From: Scyliorhinus canicula
Taxonomy: Eukaryota
DNA length: 64,000 nt
NCBI RefSeq assembly: GCF_902713615.1
Contig: NC_052149.1
Span: 125,987,256 to 126,051,255, forward strand
Reading direction: 5' to 3'
Within the stretch, counting starts at the first letter, position 1; each line of letters begins with the position of its first letter. Below are positions 34,200 to 44,865 of this stretch, piece by piece. The position numbers and the translations under genes were made by a program. The notes beneath the pieces were generated by a model. The model ran no database searches and was not told where the DNA came from. It worked only from the letters and a program-made list of their open reading frames with translations.

Positions 34200-34880
34200 T
34201 CCCGATACAAACTCCATCCCTCTCCCTGAGCTCTGTCTGCTGCTCAACCAGACTCTTTACAACATTGGCCTCATCTCTCTGTTCCTCCACAATTCCCAGC
34301 TTCCCACCATTTAGAAATGACTCTGATTTCTCTTTCTTTGGTCCAAAGTGGATGATTTCACAGCCCCACATTGAACTCCATCTGCCATTGTCTTCAGTCC
34401 CCATCACAATCTCTGTTCCCCAGACACTGATTCCATCCCTCTCCCTGGGCCTGTCTGACTCTGAACCACACAGTTCACAGCCATGGTGTCCTATTTGACC
34501 CTGAGATGACCTTCCCACCACATCATCCGCTCCATCACTAAGACGGCCTATTTCCCCCTCGGTAACATCGCCCAAGTCCGTCCTGCCTCACATCATCTGC
34601 TGCTGAGAATCTCCTCCATGTCTTTGTTCCCTCTAAACGTGACTATTCCAATGCTGTCCTGGCCGGCCTCACACCTACCACCCTCCGTAAACATCAGCTG
34701 ATCCAAAACTCTGCTGCCTGGATCTGAACTCACACCAAATCCCGTTCACCCATCACCCCCTCTGCTCACTGACCTACACTGACTCCCGGTCCAGCAATGC
34801 CTCGATTTTAAATTCCCATCCTTGTTCTCAAACCCCTTCCTGTCCTCTACCCTCCCTATCTCTGTAACCTCCTCCAAGCT
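34200..34880 (+). mobile_element. L2 LINE 3' fragments
   Basis: L2-type tail (gactattccaatgct...atccaaaactctgctgcc...cctcgattttaaaatt). Confidence 0.65.
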
Positions 34881-35273
34881 GCCTAACTTAGTGTGGTCAG
34901 TAACTTGGATATATGTCTCTCTATTCCTTCATCCAAGTCATTGAGAAATACAGTGAAAAGCTGAGGCTCCAGCTCAGATCCCTGGGGACATCACTATTCA
35001 CATCTTGCTGATTGGAGTCACACACATTATCCCGACTCCCTGTCTCCTACCTCCTAACTAATTCCTCATCCATTGCAAAAGCTTTCCTCAAATTCCATAT
35101 GCTTCCATTTTATCACCAGTCTCTCATGTGACACCTTCTTGACTGTCTTCTGGAAACCCATATAAATAACATCTGTTATATTAGTTGGAATAATGTATGT
35201 AACTCATTTGTTTATGCCGAGATGTACTTAACTTTGATGATGATGAATGCTAGAAGTCGTCCAGTGATAACAA

Positions 35274-35505
35274 ATAATTTTTTTTGTTTTTTATAAATTC
35301 CAATTCATTTTTCCCAATTAAGGGACAATTTAGCGTGTTCAATCCACCTACCCTGCACATCTTTGGGTTGTGGGGGTGAGACATACGTAAACACGGGGGG
35401 GGAATGTGCAAACTCCGCACGGACAGTGACCCAGAGCCGGGATCGAACCTGGGACCTCGGCGCCGTGAGGCAGCAACGCTAATCACTGCGTCACCGTGCT
35501 GCCCG
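35274..35505 (-). mobile_element. tRNA-derived SINE, A-rich tail, 10-bp TSD
   Basis: TSD GTGATAACAA at 35264-35273 and 35506-35515. Confidence 0.88.
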
Positions 35506-35956
35506 GTGATAACAACTCATTTATTGAGTTACTAATCAATTAACTTGTGGGTTTGATTCTTAAATACTTTTACTAGTTGTTAAATTACACAAGATAGAAT
35601 TAGATTAACTGTGAATTTTATACTTTGCACTCTGATCTCACTATACACTTCTGATCTCTAGCCACACCACACCCAAAGAGAGCCGGAAAACAAGTTGAGC
35701 TGACATTTATACCCCCTGTTAGTGTTGTCCTCTAGTGATCTTCCGAATATACTGACTACACATTATCCCTTTATGTATATACATAAACAGAGATCACTAC
35801 AACATCCATTGACATTCCCTTATCTATCAGTTGGTGACCTCGTTAACAAATGTAACCAGGTTAGTGAACCATGTCTGACCCTTTTTAAATCCTTGCTGAC
35901 TCGGATCAGTTCATATTTCTCACTCATTTTGTGTTGAATAACAGTTTCCAGTCAAT

Positions 35957-36270
35957 GGGCAGCGCGGTAGCACAGTGGTTAGCTTTGCTGCTTCACAGAG
36001 CCAGGGACCAGAGTTCGATTCCCGACTTGGGTTACTGTCTGTGTGGAGTCTGCACGCTCTCCCTGTGTCTGCGTGGGCTTCTTCCGGGTGCTCTGGTTTC
36101 TTCCCACAAGTCTTTAAAGACGTGCTGTTAGATGAATTTGACATTTTGAATTCTCCGTCAGTGTACCCGAACAGACACCGGAATGTGTCGACTGCGGGCT
36201 TTTCACAGTAACTTCATTGTAGTGTTAATGTAAGCCTACTTATGGCACAAATGAAGATTAATTATTTAAC
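35957..36270 (+). mobile_element. tRNA-derived SINE, GTGACAATAAA-class tail
   Basis: Head gggcagcgcggtagcacagtggttagc, ending gcttttcacagtaacttcatt...gtaagcctact. Confidence 0.85.
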
Positions 36271-36389
36271 AGACATAAACTGAGATGTTTGTTGCAAATG
36301 ACTCTAGTATACAGCTAGCACAGACCCGAAGGGCTGAATGGCCTCCTCCTGTACTGCAGACTTATCTGGCTCCTCAGCTGAAACATATG

Positions 36390-37876
36390 AGGCGAGATTC
36401 TCCAACCCCGGCCGGGTCGGAGAATCGCTGAAAGGGACGCGTTTCATACGACGCTGCTTCGACGCGGGTCCGCTGATTCTCTGGTGAACCCCCCGGGTGA
36501 TTCTCCCTGCACGATGGGCCGTGTGCCCTCTGGGTTAGGCCGAGTCCCGCCTACGCCGTTCTCGTATGGTCCTACCCGGCGGGACCTCGGCATTTATGTT
36601 GCGGGGGGCGGCCTGGTGGGGAGGAGGGGGATCCGACCCGGGGGGGCGGGTTTCCACAGTGGCCTGGCCCGCAATCGGGGCCTTCCAATCGGCAGGTGGG
36701 CTTATCCCAGTGGGGGCCTATGTTCCTCCGCGCGGGCCCCTGTAGCTCTCCGCCATTTTGCGTTGGGGCCGGCGCAGAGAAGGCAACCCATGCGCGAACT
36801 CACGCCGGCCGTAGCGCACATGCGCGGACCCCGTTCTGACACCCATATCGACAGCTGGAACAGCATAAGGCTCTCCAGTGCTGTGCTGGCCACCTGAGAG
36901 GCGCAGGATCGCAGATCCTTGGGGTGTAGCCATCTGGGATGGCCACTTCCAGAATACAAAATGGATGTTTGCAAAGATTGCAGGGAAATATGGACAATGC
37001 TAAGATAGCAGGCAGGCATAGAGCCTGCAGGTGTATTGGAACCACAGCTCCCAGACGAGACTGAAACTGTAGGTCCATTAACATATTGATGGCCCATCTC
37101 CGGGAACAAAGGGAGATACTCAAATAACCGATCTGGCTCCAGACCCCACGGCGCCAGTTCCCCAAACCGAAAGCGTAAACAAAGCCAGGCCAACGGCCAC
37201 CTAGGACACGCCCAGCCATCAGGGCATCCACCCCTTTATTGGTCAAGATCAATACGAGTGATCAAGATACGGCCCAATTGATTGGGGCCAAGTTCAAGGC
37301 CCGCCCAAAAGTGCGCAAAGCCCCTCTGGGTAGAAGAAGGCCCCGAGAGAGAATCTCTCTCTTGGACTCGGCTCTCGAAGCGGAGAGACCCGTCCACCAG
37401 CTGCACCAGAAGCGAGTAAGTCCAAGGTCAACGGTCACCATCAGACAGATGACCTTAGCTGTTCCCCTTCATCACTTCGAACCCAGCAGCCTCAGATCCG
37501 ATCAACGGCCATTGTTCCTCTGACTGAGTGGGCGCCCGAAGCTCAGTACTGGATTTAGCATTAATGATAGTTTAGTTTGTAGTATTTTGTGCACGAGTAG
37601 ATATTGCGGTGTCTGTAAATAAATAGTATTAACTTTGAACTAAATAACTGGTGTACCGGTTCTTAGATCAGTATTCAGGTTTAAACCTTGTGGCGGTATC
37701 AAAGATACCTGGCGACTCTAAAGCAAACGTAATTAGGATTAAGGAAGGCGACCATATTGACCGCCATATTTAGAACCAAATAAAGAGAGCAACAGGGGCC
37801 AGCTGATGCTGTCGTAAAACGCTCCAGCGTTTACAACGGTGTCAACATTTAGCCCCAGGATCAGAGAATCCCGCCC
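36390..37876. mobile_element. Harbinger-like MITE split by a solo LTR
   Basis: TIRs aggcgagattctcc / agagaatcccgccc, 3-bp TSD ATG/ATG. Confidence 0.78.
36925..37794 (+). mobile_element. Solo LTR, 870 bp
   Basis: TGTAG...CAACA ends, 4-bp TSD GGGG, and an internal AATAAA. Confidence 0.8.
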
Positions 37877-38360
37877 ATGGTCGGAACAGGAGGTGGGCTG
37901 GAGTTTAAACAATGAGTTGAATGTAGACGGAGTGTCATTAGTGGGTAATGGACAATGGACATTGTGTCCATGAGCTTCTTGAAAAGATGTCTTTCTCTGT
38001 TTCCCTTTCCAGCTCCAGGGCTCTCATTAAGGAGCTGAAAGAATATTTAGTGAAGAAGTTTCCGGACTGTGCGGGCTGTGTGAAGGGTTTGGGCAGTAAC
38101 TGATGATTGCAGCTCCTTGTTCTGTCTGTTCCTCCCTCCCCACTGATCAAACCGTTAACCTCCTGTCACAGTGAGTGAAATGAGAATGGATATCATAGCG
38201 TCAGTCACAGAAAACAACAGCCTCACTGTCTGAGACACTGGGACACACATCACTGCCTCACCTCAAAGAACGGAGCACTAATCCCCTCCCACCATGCTGA
38301 GAAACCATCCAGCATGGGAAATATACTGACAAACACCACCTCACACCCAGAGAACAGCTT

Positions 38361-38754
38361 NNNNNNNNNNNNNNNNNNNNNNNNNNNNNNNNNNNNNNNN
38401 NNNNNNNNNNNNNNNNNNNNNNNNNNNNNNNNNNNNNNNNNNNNNNNNNNNNNNNNNNNNNNNNNNNNNNNNNNNNNNNNNNNNNNNNNNNNNNNNNNNN
38501 NNNNNNNNNNNNNNNNNNNNNNNNNNNNNNNNNNNNNNNNNNNNNNNNNNNNNNNNNNNNNNNNNNNNNNNNNNNNNNNNNNNNNNNNNNNNNNNNNNNN
38601 NNNNNNNNNNNNNNNNNNNNNNNNNNNNNNNNNNNNNNNNNNNNNNNNNNNNNNNNNNNNNNNNNNNNNNNNNNNNNNNNNNNNNNNNNNNNNNNNNNNN
38701 NNNNNNNNNNNNNNNNNNNNNNNNNNNNNNNNNNNNNNNNNNNNNNNNNNNNNN
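38361..38754. other. Assembly gap (394 N)
   Basis: Run of N bordering a GA tract. Confidence 1.
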
Positions 38755-40707
38755 AGAGAGAGTGAGGGGAGAGAGAGAGAGAGAGAAATAGGAGAGAGAG
38801 GGAGAGAGAGAGGACAGAGAGTGAGAGAATGTGGAGAGCAAAGGGAGAGAGAGATACAGAGAGACAGAGGAGAGCGAGAATGGGAGAGATATTGAGAGAG
38901 AGAGGGAGAGAGAGGGAGATGGAAATATAGGATTGAGGTAGAAAGAGAGAGAGATGTCAAGGGCAGGAAGAAGAGCAAGAGAAATAGAGAGAAGGAGGCA
39001 GGTTGAGAAAGAGGGAAAGGTAGAGAGAGGGGGAGGAACAAAGAGAGAGGGATTTAGAGGGAGAACGAGAGAGAGCGAGGGAGGTAGAGAGCGGGAGGTA
39101 GAGAGAGGGAGGTAGACAGAGAGAGTGAGGGAGAGAGAAAGGGAGGTAGACAGAGAGAGTGAGGGAGAGAGAGGGAGGTAGACAGAGAGAGTGAGGGAGA
39201 GAGAGGGAGGTAGACAGAGAGAGTGAGGGAGAGAGAAAGGGAGGTATAGAGACAAGGATTAGGGAGAGAGAGAGGGGGAGACAGATATAGATTTGAGGTT
39301 GAAAGTGAGAGCGACGTTAAGGACAGGAAGAAGAGGGAGAGGGAGAGAAAAGGAGGCAGGTTGAGAGAGAGGGAAAGATAGAGAGAGAGGGAGATAGAGA
39401 GAGAAAGGTAGAGAGAGAGCGGCAGAGAGGGAGAAGGAAGAGATAGGGGTTGAGATAGAGAGAGCGAGATTGAGAGTGGGAAGTAGAGCCAGGGAGGGAT
39501 GTAGAGAGAGGAAGGTAGTGTGTAGAAGAGGGAGACAGAGCGTGTTGGGGTAGAGAGATTGAGAGAGGAGAGAGGGAGAGGGAGGTAGAGAGCGGGAGGT
39601 TGAGAGATGGAGGGAGTTAGAGGGAATGAGAGGGAGATGGAGAGAGAAGAGGGTGATAGAAAGAGGGAGAGAGTGGTAGAGGGACTGAGAGGGAAGTAGC
39701 GAGAGGAAGAGGGAGGTAGGGAGAGGAGGAGGTAGAATGAGTGCGAAGGAGGTAGAGAGTGGGAAAGGTGGTAGAGAGAGAGAGAGAGGGATGGTGGTAG
39801 AAGAGAGAGGGGGGAGGTAGAGAGAGTGAGAGGAAGGTAGAGACGGAGATGGATGAAAGAGAGGGAGAGGGAGGTAAAGAGGGGGAGAGGGAGTTAGAGA
39901 GGGATAGGGAAGTAAAGAGAGTGAGAGGGCCCTAGAGAGGGAGAGAGAGAGAGAGAGAGAGAGAGGTAGGTGGAGAGAGAGGGAGGTAGAGAGTGGGGGA
40001 GGGAGATATTTGGGTTGAGATAGAGAGGGAAAGATCGAGGGTGGGAAGTAGAGCGAGGGAGAGATGTAGGGAGAGAGTTAGAGAGAGAGGGACAGATGGT
40101 CGAGAGAGAGAGGGAGGTCGAGAAAGAGAGGGAGGTAGAGAGTGGGGGAGGGAGATATTTGGGTTGAGATAGAGAGGGAAGTAGAGCGAGGGAGAGATGT
40201 AGAGAGAGAGTTAGAGAGAGAGAGGGACAGGTGGTCGAGAGAGAGAGAGGGAGGTCGAGAGAGAGAGGGAGGTAGAGAGTGGGAGAGAGGGGGTTAGAGA
40301 GAGGATAGAGCAGGGCAGGGAGGTAGAGAGGGAGGGAGGTAGATGTCGGGAGAGAGAGCTAGAGAGAGGTGATTGGGAGGTAAAGAGAAAGAAGGTAAAG
40401 AGAGAGAGATGGTTGTAGAAAGGGGGAGGGTGGTAGAGGCAGTGAGAGGCAGAGAGAGGGAGAGGGATGTAAAGAGAGTGAGAGGAGGTAGAAAGAGAGA
40501 GAGAGGGGGGTCTAGAGAGGGAGGTAGCGAGAGAGAGGTAGAGAGAGGGAGAGAGGGAGATGGAGCATGATAGAGAGGTAAAGAGAGGGAGGGAGGTAGA
40601 GAGAGGACGAGGGAGGTAGAGAGGTTGAAATAGAGAGAGAGCGGTTGAGGGCAGGAAGTAGAGCGAGTGAGGGAAGTAAAGGTGGAACGGAGGTAGAAAG
40701 ATAGAGT
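38755..40707 (+). repeat. ~2-kb polypurine (GA-rich) low-complexity tract; similar tracts at 43886-44120, 44421-44865 and 49275-49690
   Basis: Almost exclusively G and A, with recurring gagagagggaggta motifs. Confidence 0.95.
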
Positions 40708-41738
40708 TACAATAATAATAATCTTTATTGTCACAAGGAGACTTACATTAACACTGCAATCAAGTTACTGTGAAAAGCCTCTAGTCGCCACATTCCATAA
40801 GACCATAAGACATAGAAGCAGAATTAGGCCACTCGGCCCATCGAGTCTGCCCTGCTATTCAATCATGGCTGATATTTTCTCATCCCAATTCTCCTGCCTT
40901 CTCCCCATAAACCCTGATCCCCTTATTAATCAAGAACCTATCTATCTCTGTCTTAAAGACACTCAGTGATTTGGCCTCCACAGCCTTCTGCGGCAAAGAG
41001 TTCCACAGATTCACCACCCTCTGGCTGAAGAAATTCCTCCTCATCTCTGTTTTAAAGGATCGCCCCTTGAATCTGAGATGGTGTCCTCTGGTTCTAGTTT
41101 TTCCGACAAGTGGAAACATCCTCTCCATGTCCATTCTATCTAGGCCTCGCAGTATCCTGTAAGTTTCAATAAGATCCCCTCTCATCCTTCTAAACTCCAA
41201 TGAGTACAGACCCAGAGTCCTCAAACGTTCCTCGTACGACAAGCTCTTCATTCCAGGGATCATTCTTGTGAACCTCCTCTGGACCCTTTCCAAGGCCAGC
41301 ATATCCTTCCTTAGATAAGGGGCCCCAAAACTGCTCACAATACTCCAAATGGGGTCTGACCAGAGCCTTATACAGCCTCAGAAGTACATCCCTGGTCTTG
41401 TATTCTAGCCCTCTTGACATGAATGCTAACATTGCATTTGCCTTCCTAACTGCCGACTGAACCTGCACGTCAACCTCAAGAGAATCGTGAACAAAGACTC
41501 CCAAGTCCCTTTGTGCTTCTGAATTCTGAAGCGTTTTCTCATTTAGAAAATAGTCTATGCCTAAATTCCTCCTTCCAAAGTGCATAACCTCACACTTTTC
41601 CACATTGTATTTCACTTGCCGCTTCATTGCCCACCCTCCTAGCTTGTCCAAGTCCTTCTGCAGCCCCCTTTGTTCCTCAATACTACCTGTCCCTCTGCAG
41701 GCCTTTGTATCATCTGCAAACTTTGCAACATTGCCTTC

Positions 41739-42110
41739 AGCACCTTCTTCCAGATCATGAATTACATAGAATTTACAGTGCAGAAGGAGGCCATTCGGCC
41801 CATCGAGTCTGCACCGGCTCTTAGAAAGAGCACCCTACCCCCTATCCAAGGTCAACACCTCCACCCTATCCCCATTACCCAGTAACCCCAACCAACACTA
41901 AGGGCAATTTTGAACACTAAGGGCAATTTATCTTGGCCAATCCACCTAACCCGCACATCTTTGGACTGTGGGAGGAAACCGGAGCACCCGGAGTAAACCC
42001 ACGCACACACGGGGAGGATGTGCAGACTCCGCACAGACACTGACCCAAGCCGGAATCGAACCTGGGACCCTGGAGCTGTGAAGCGATTGTGCTATCCACA
42101 AGGCTACCTT
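41739..42110 (-). mobile_element. tRNA-derived SINE with CR1-type tail (closely similar to 46350-46704)
   Basis: catagaatttacagtgcagaaggaggccattcggccc tail plus SINE head. Confidence 0.88.
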
Positions 42111-42527
42111 GTGGTCCCAGCACAGACCCCTGAGACTCACCACTAGTCACTGGCTGCCATCCTGAAAAAGACGCCTTTATCCCCACTCTGCCTTCTGCCA
42201 GTCAGCCAATCCTCTATCCATGCCAGGATCTTACCCTGAACACCATGAGCTCTTAACTTATTTAACAGTCCCCTATGCGGCACCTTGTCAAAGGCCTTCT
42301 GGAAATCCAAATAAATCACATCCACTGGTTCTCCCTTGTCTAACTTCCTTGTTACCTCCTCAAAGAAATCTAACAGATTTGTCAGACCACGACCTCCCTT
42401 TGACAAAGCCTTGCTGACTAAGTCCTATTTTACCATGCACTTCCAAGTGCTTCGCAATCTCATCTTTAATAACAGACTCTAAAATGTTACCAATGACCAA
42501 AGTCAGGCTAACCAGCCTATAATTTCC

Positions 42528-42902
42528 TTTCCTGCAGCTTTCTCCTCTTTGCTACCCGCTCCCCCTCCCCCCACACCTACAGTTCATCCTCTGATGTTAG
42601 TTTCTCTGCTGTTTGACCTTTCACATCTTTTGTCCTCTCTGGGGACTGCCATTAACACTCTTTCCCCTTGGTATCTGTGGCCATTAGTACCCAGTTTCCC
42701 TGGGTTTCAGTGGCTATGACTCATCTTTCATTCTCACTCCACAGTATAAATATTTCCCACTTTCTCTGTCTGTTAGTCATCGGACTCGAAACGTTAGCTC
42801 TTTTCTCTCCCTACAGATGCTGCCAGACTTGCTGAGATTTTCCAGCATTTTCCCTTTCGTTTCAGATTCCTGCATCCGCAGTAATTTGCTTTTCTCCAGC
42901 AG
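42528..42902 (+). mobile_element. Penelope-like 3' fragment
   Basis: gactcgaaacgttagctc...acagatgctgccagac motif, flanked by the duplication ATAATTTCC (42519-42527, 42903-42911). Confidence 0.65.
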
Positions 42903-43660
42903 ATAATTTCCCGTCTTCTGCCTCCCTCCCTTCTTAAACAGTGGTGTTAAATTAGCCACTTTCCAGCCTTTATGACCCTTCCTGCCTCCAGTGATTCCTG
43001 AAAGATCATCACTAATGCCTCCATAATATCCTCAGCTATCTCTTTTAGGACCCTGGGGTATTGTCCATCTGGTCCAGGTGACTTATCCACCTTCAGACCT
43101 TTCAGTTTCCCCAGAACCTTCTCCTTAGTCATGGTCACTGCATTCACCTCTGCCCCCTGGTTCTCCTGAAGCTCTGGCATCCCACTGGTGTCTTCCACCG
43201 TGAAGACTGATGCAAAGTAACAATCCAGTTTGTCTGCCATTTCTTTGTTTCCTATTATTACTTCTCAAGCCACATTTTCGCGTGGTCCAATGCCTATTTT
43301 TGCCTCTCTCTTACCTTTTATATATTGAAAAGATCTCTTCCCACCTCCCTTTATATTCCCAGCTAGTTTGCATTCATACTTCATCTTCTCGCCCCTTATT
43401 GCTTTTCTCATTGTCCTCTGCTCACTTTTAAAGGCTTCCCAATCCTCTGCTTTCCCACTAATCCTCGCCACTTTGTATGCTTTTTCTTTAGCCTTTATGC
43501 TGTCCTTGTCCTCCCCATAGCATGTTTCCTCCTCCTTAGGATGAATTTCTGTTGTGCCCTCCTCATAGCCCCCAAAAACTCCTGCCATTGCTGTTCCTCT
43601 GTCTTCCCTGCTAGTCTCCTTCTCCAATCAGCTCTGGCCAGCTCCTCTCTCATGTCTTTG

Positions 43661-43885
43661 TAGTTACCTGTTCGGGTACACTGAGGGGGATTTCAGAATG
43701 CCCAAATTACCTAATAGCATGTCTTTCGGGACTTGGGGGAGGAAACCGGAGTATCCGGAGGAAACCCACGCACACAAGGGGAGAATGTGCAGACTCCACA
43801 CAGACAGTGACCCAAGCCGGGAATCAAACCTGGGACCCTGAAGCTGTGAAGCAACAGTGCTAACCACTGTGCTACTGTGCTGCCC
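43661..43885 (-). mobile_element. tRNA-derived SINE (3'-truncated, GTGACAATAAA class)
   Basis: Head plus internal gtcccgaaagacatgctattaggtaatttgg. Confidence 0.85.
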
Positions 43886-44119
43886 TCAGTTAGAGAGAGA
43901 GTGGGAGGGAGGTAGAGAGAGGGAGGGAGGCAGAGCACGAGGGAGGGGGAGGTAGAGAGTGAGTGAGGTAGAGAGAAAGCGAGGTAGAGAGAGAGTGAGG
44001 TAGAGAGAGGGAGGGAAAAAGAGGGAGAGAGGAAAGTAGAGAGAAGGAGGTGGAGAGAGAGACAGAGAGGGAGATAGAGAAAGAGGTAGAGAGAGAGTTC
44101 GAGAGAGGGAGAGGGAGGT

Positions 44120-44420
44120 ATTGGATTTGTTTGTTTATTGTCACGTGTACCGAGGTACAGGGAAAAGTATTTTTCTGCGAGCAGCTCAAACATACCATTT
44201 AGTACATGAAAAGAAATTAAATAAAAATAAAATACATAAAAGGGCAACACAAGGTACACAATGTAAATACATAGACACTGACATTGGATGAAGCTTCCAG
44301 CGGTGTAGTATTAATCAGGTCAGTCTATAAGAGAGTCCTTTAGGAGTCTGGTAACTGCGGGGATGAAGCTGTTTTTGAGTCTGTTTGTGTGTTTTCTCAG
44401 ACTTCTGTATCTCCTGCCCG
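44120..44420 (-). mobile_element. Rex1/Babar LINE 3' end
   Basis: PSGRRYRSLRKHTNRLKNSFIPAVTRLL, then a 3' UTR ending cttttccctgtacctcggtacacgtgacaataaacaaac. Confidence 0.8.
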
Positions 44421-44865
44421 ATGGACGAAGTAGAGAGAGGGAAATGGAGTGTGGTAGGGAGGCAGAGAGAGGCAGGGAGAGAGAGAGGGAGGCAGAGACA
44501 GGGAGGGAGGTAGAGGGAGTGTGAGGGAAGTGGAGAGAGCGAGAGAGAGGTGATGATTGAGTGGGGCAGATAGAGAGAGCGGGAGGTAGAGATAGTGAAA
44601 GGAGGTAGAGATAGTGAGAGGAGGTAGAGAGGGAAGTGGAGGTAGAGGGAGGGAGCGGTAGAGAGAGCGAGAGGGGTAGAGAGAGGAAGGCAGAGAGATG
44701 GAGGTAGAGAATGAGGGAGGTAGAGAGCGATAGAGGGAGGGAGAGAAAGGAATGTAGAGTGATGAAGCTAGAGAGAGGCAGAGAGGGAGGTGGAGAGCGG
44801 GAGGTGGAGCGAGGGAGGTAGAGAGAGTGAGAGGAAGGTACAGAGGGGGAGGTAGTGAGAGGCAG

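Larger units (their letters stand above)
40797..43660 (-). mobile_element. CR1 LINE (RT and 3' end), with nested SINE and Penelope-like fragment
   Basis: Translations VIYLDFQKAFDKVPH, GVSQGSVLGP-like, KFADD region and YSLEFRRMRGDLIETY; 3' tail ccataagaccataag. Confidence 0.9.

Noticed and set aside
38167-38173. Perfect heptamer CACAGTG
   Set aside because: There is no nonamer at 12 or 23 nt. Other CACAGTG hits lie in SINE A-boxes.
38250-39255. ORFs spanning the N gap
   Set aside because: They are artefacts of N and GA low-complexity sequence.
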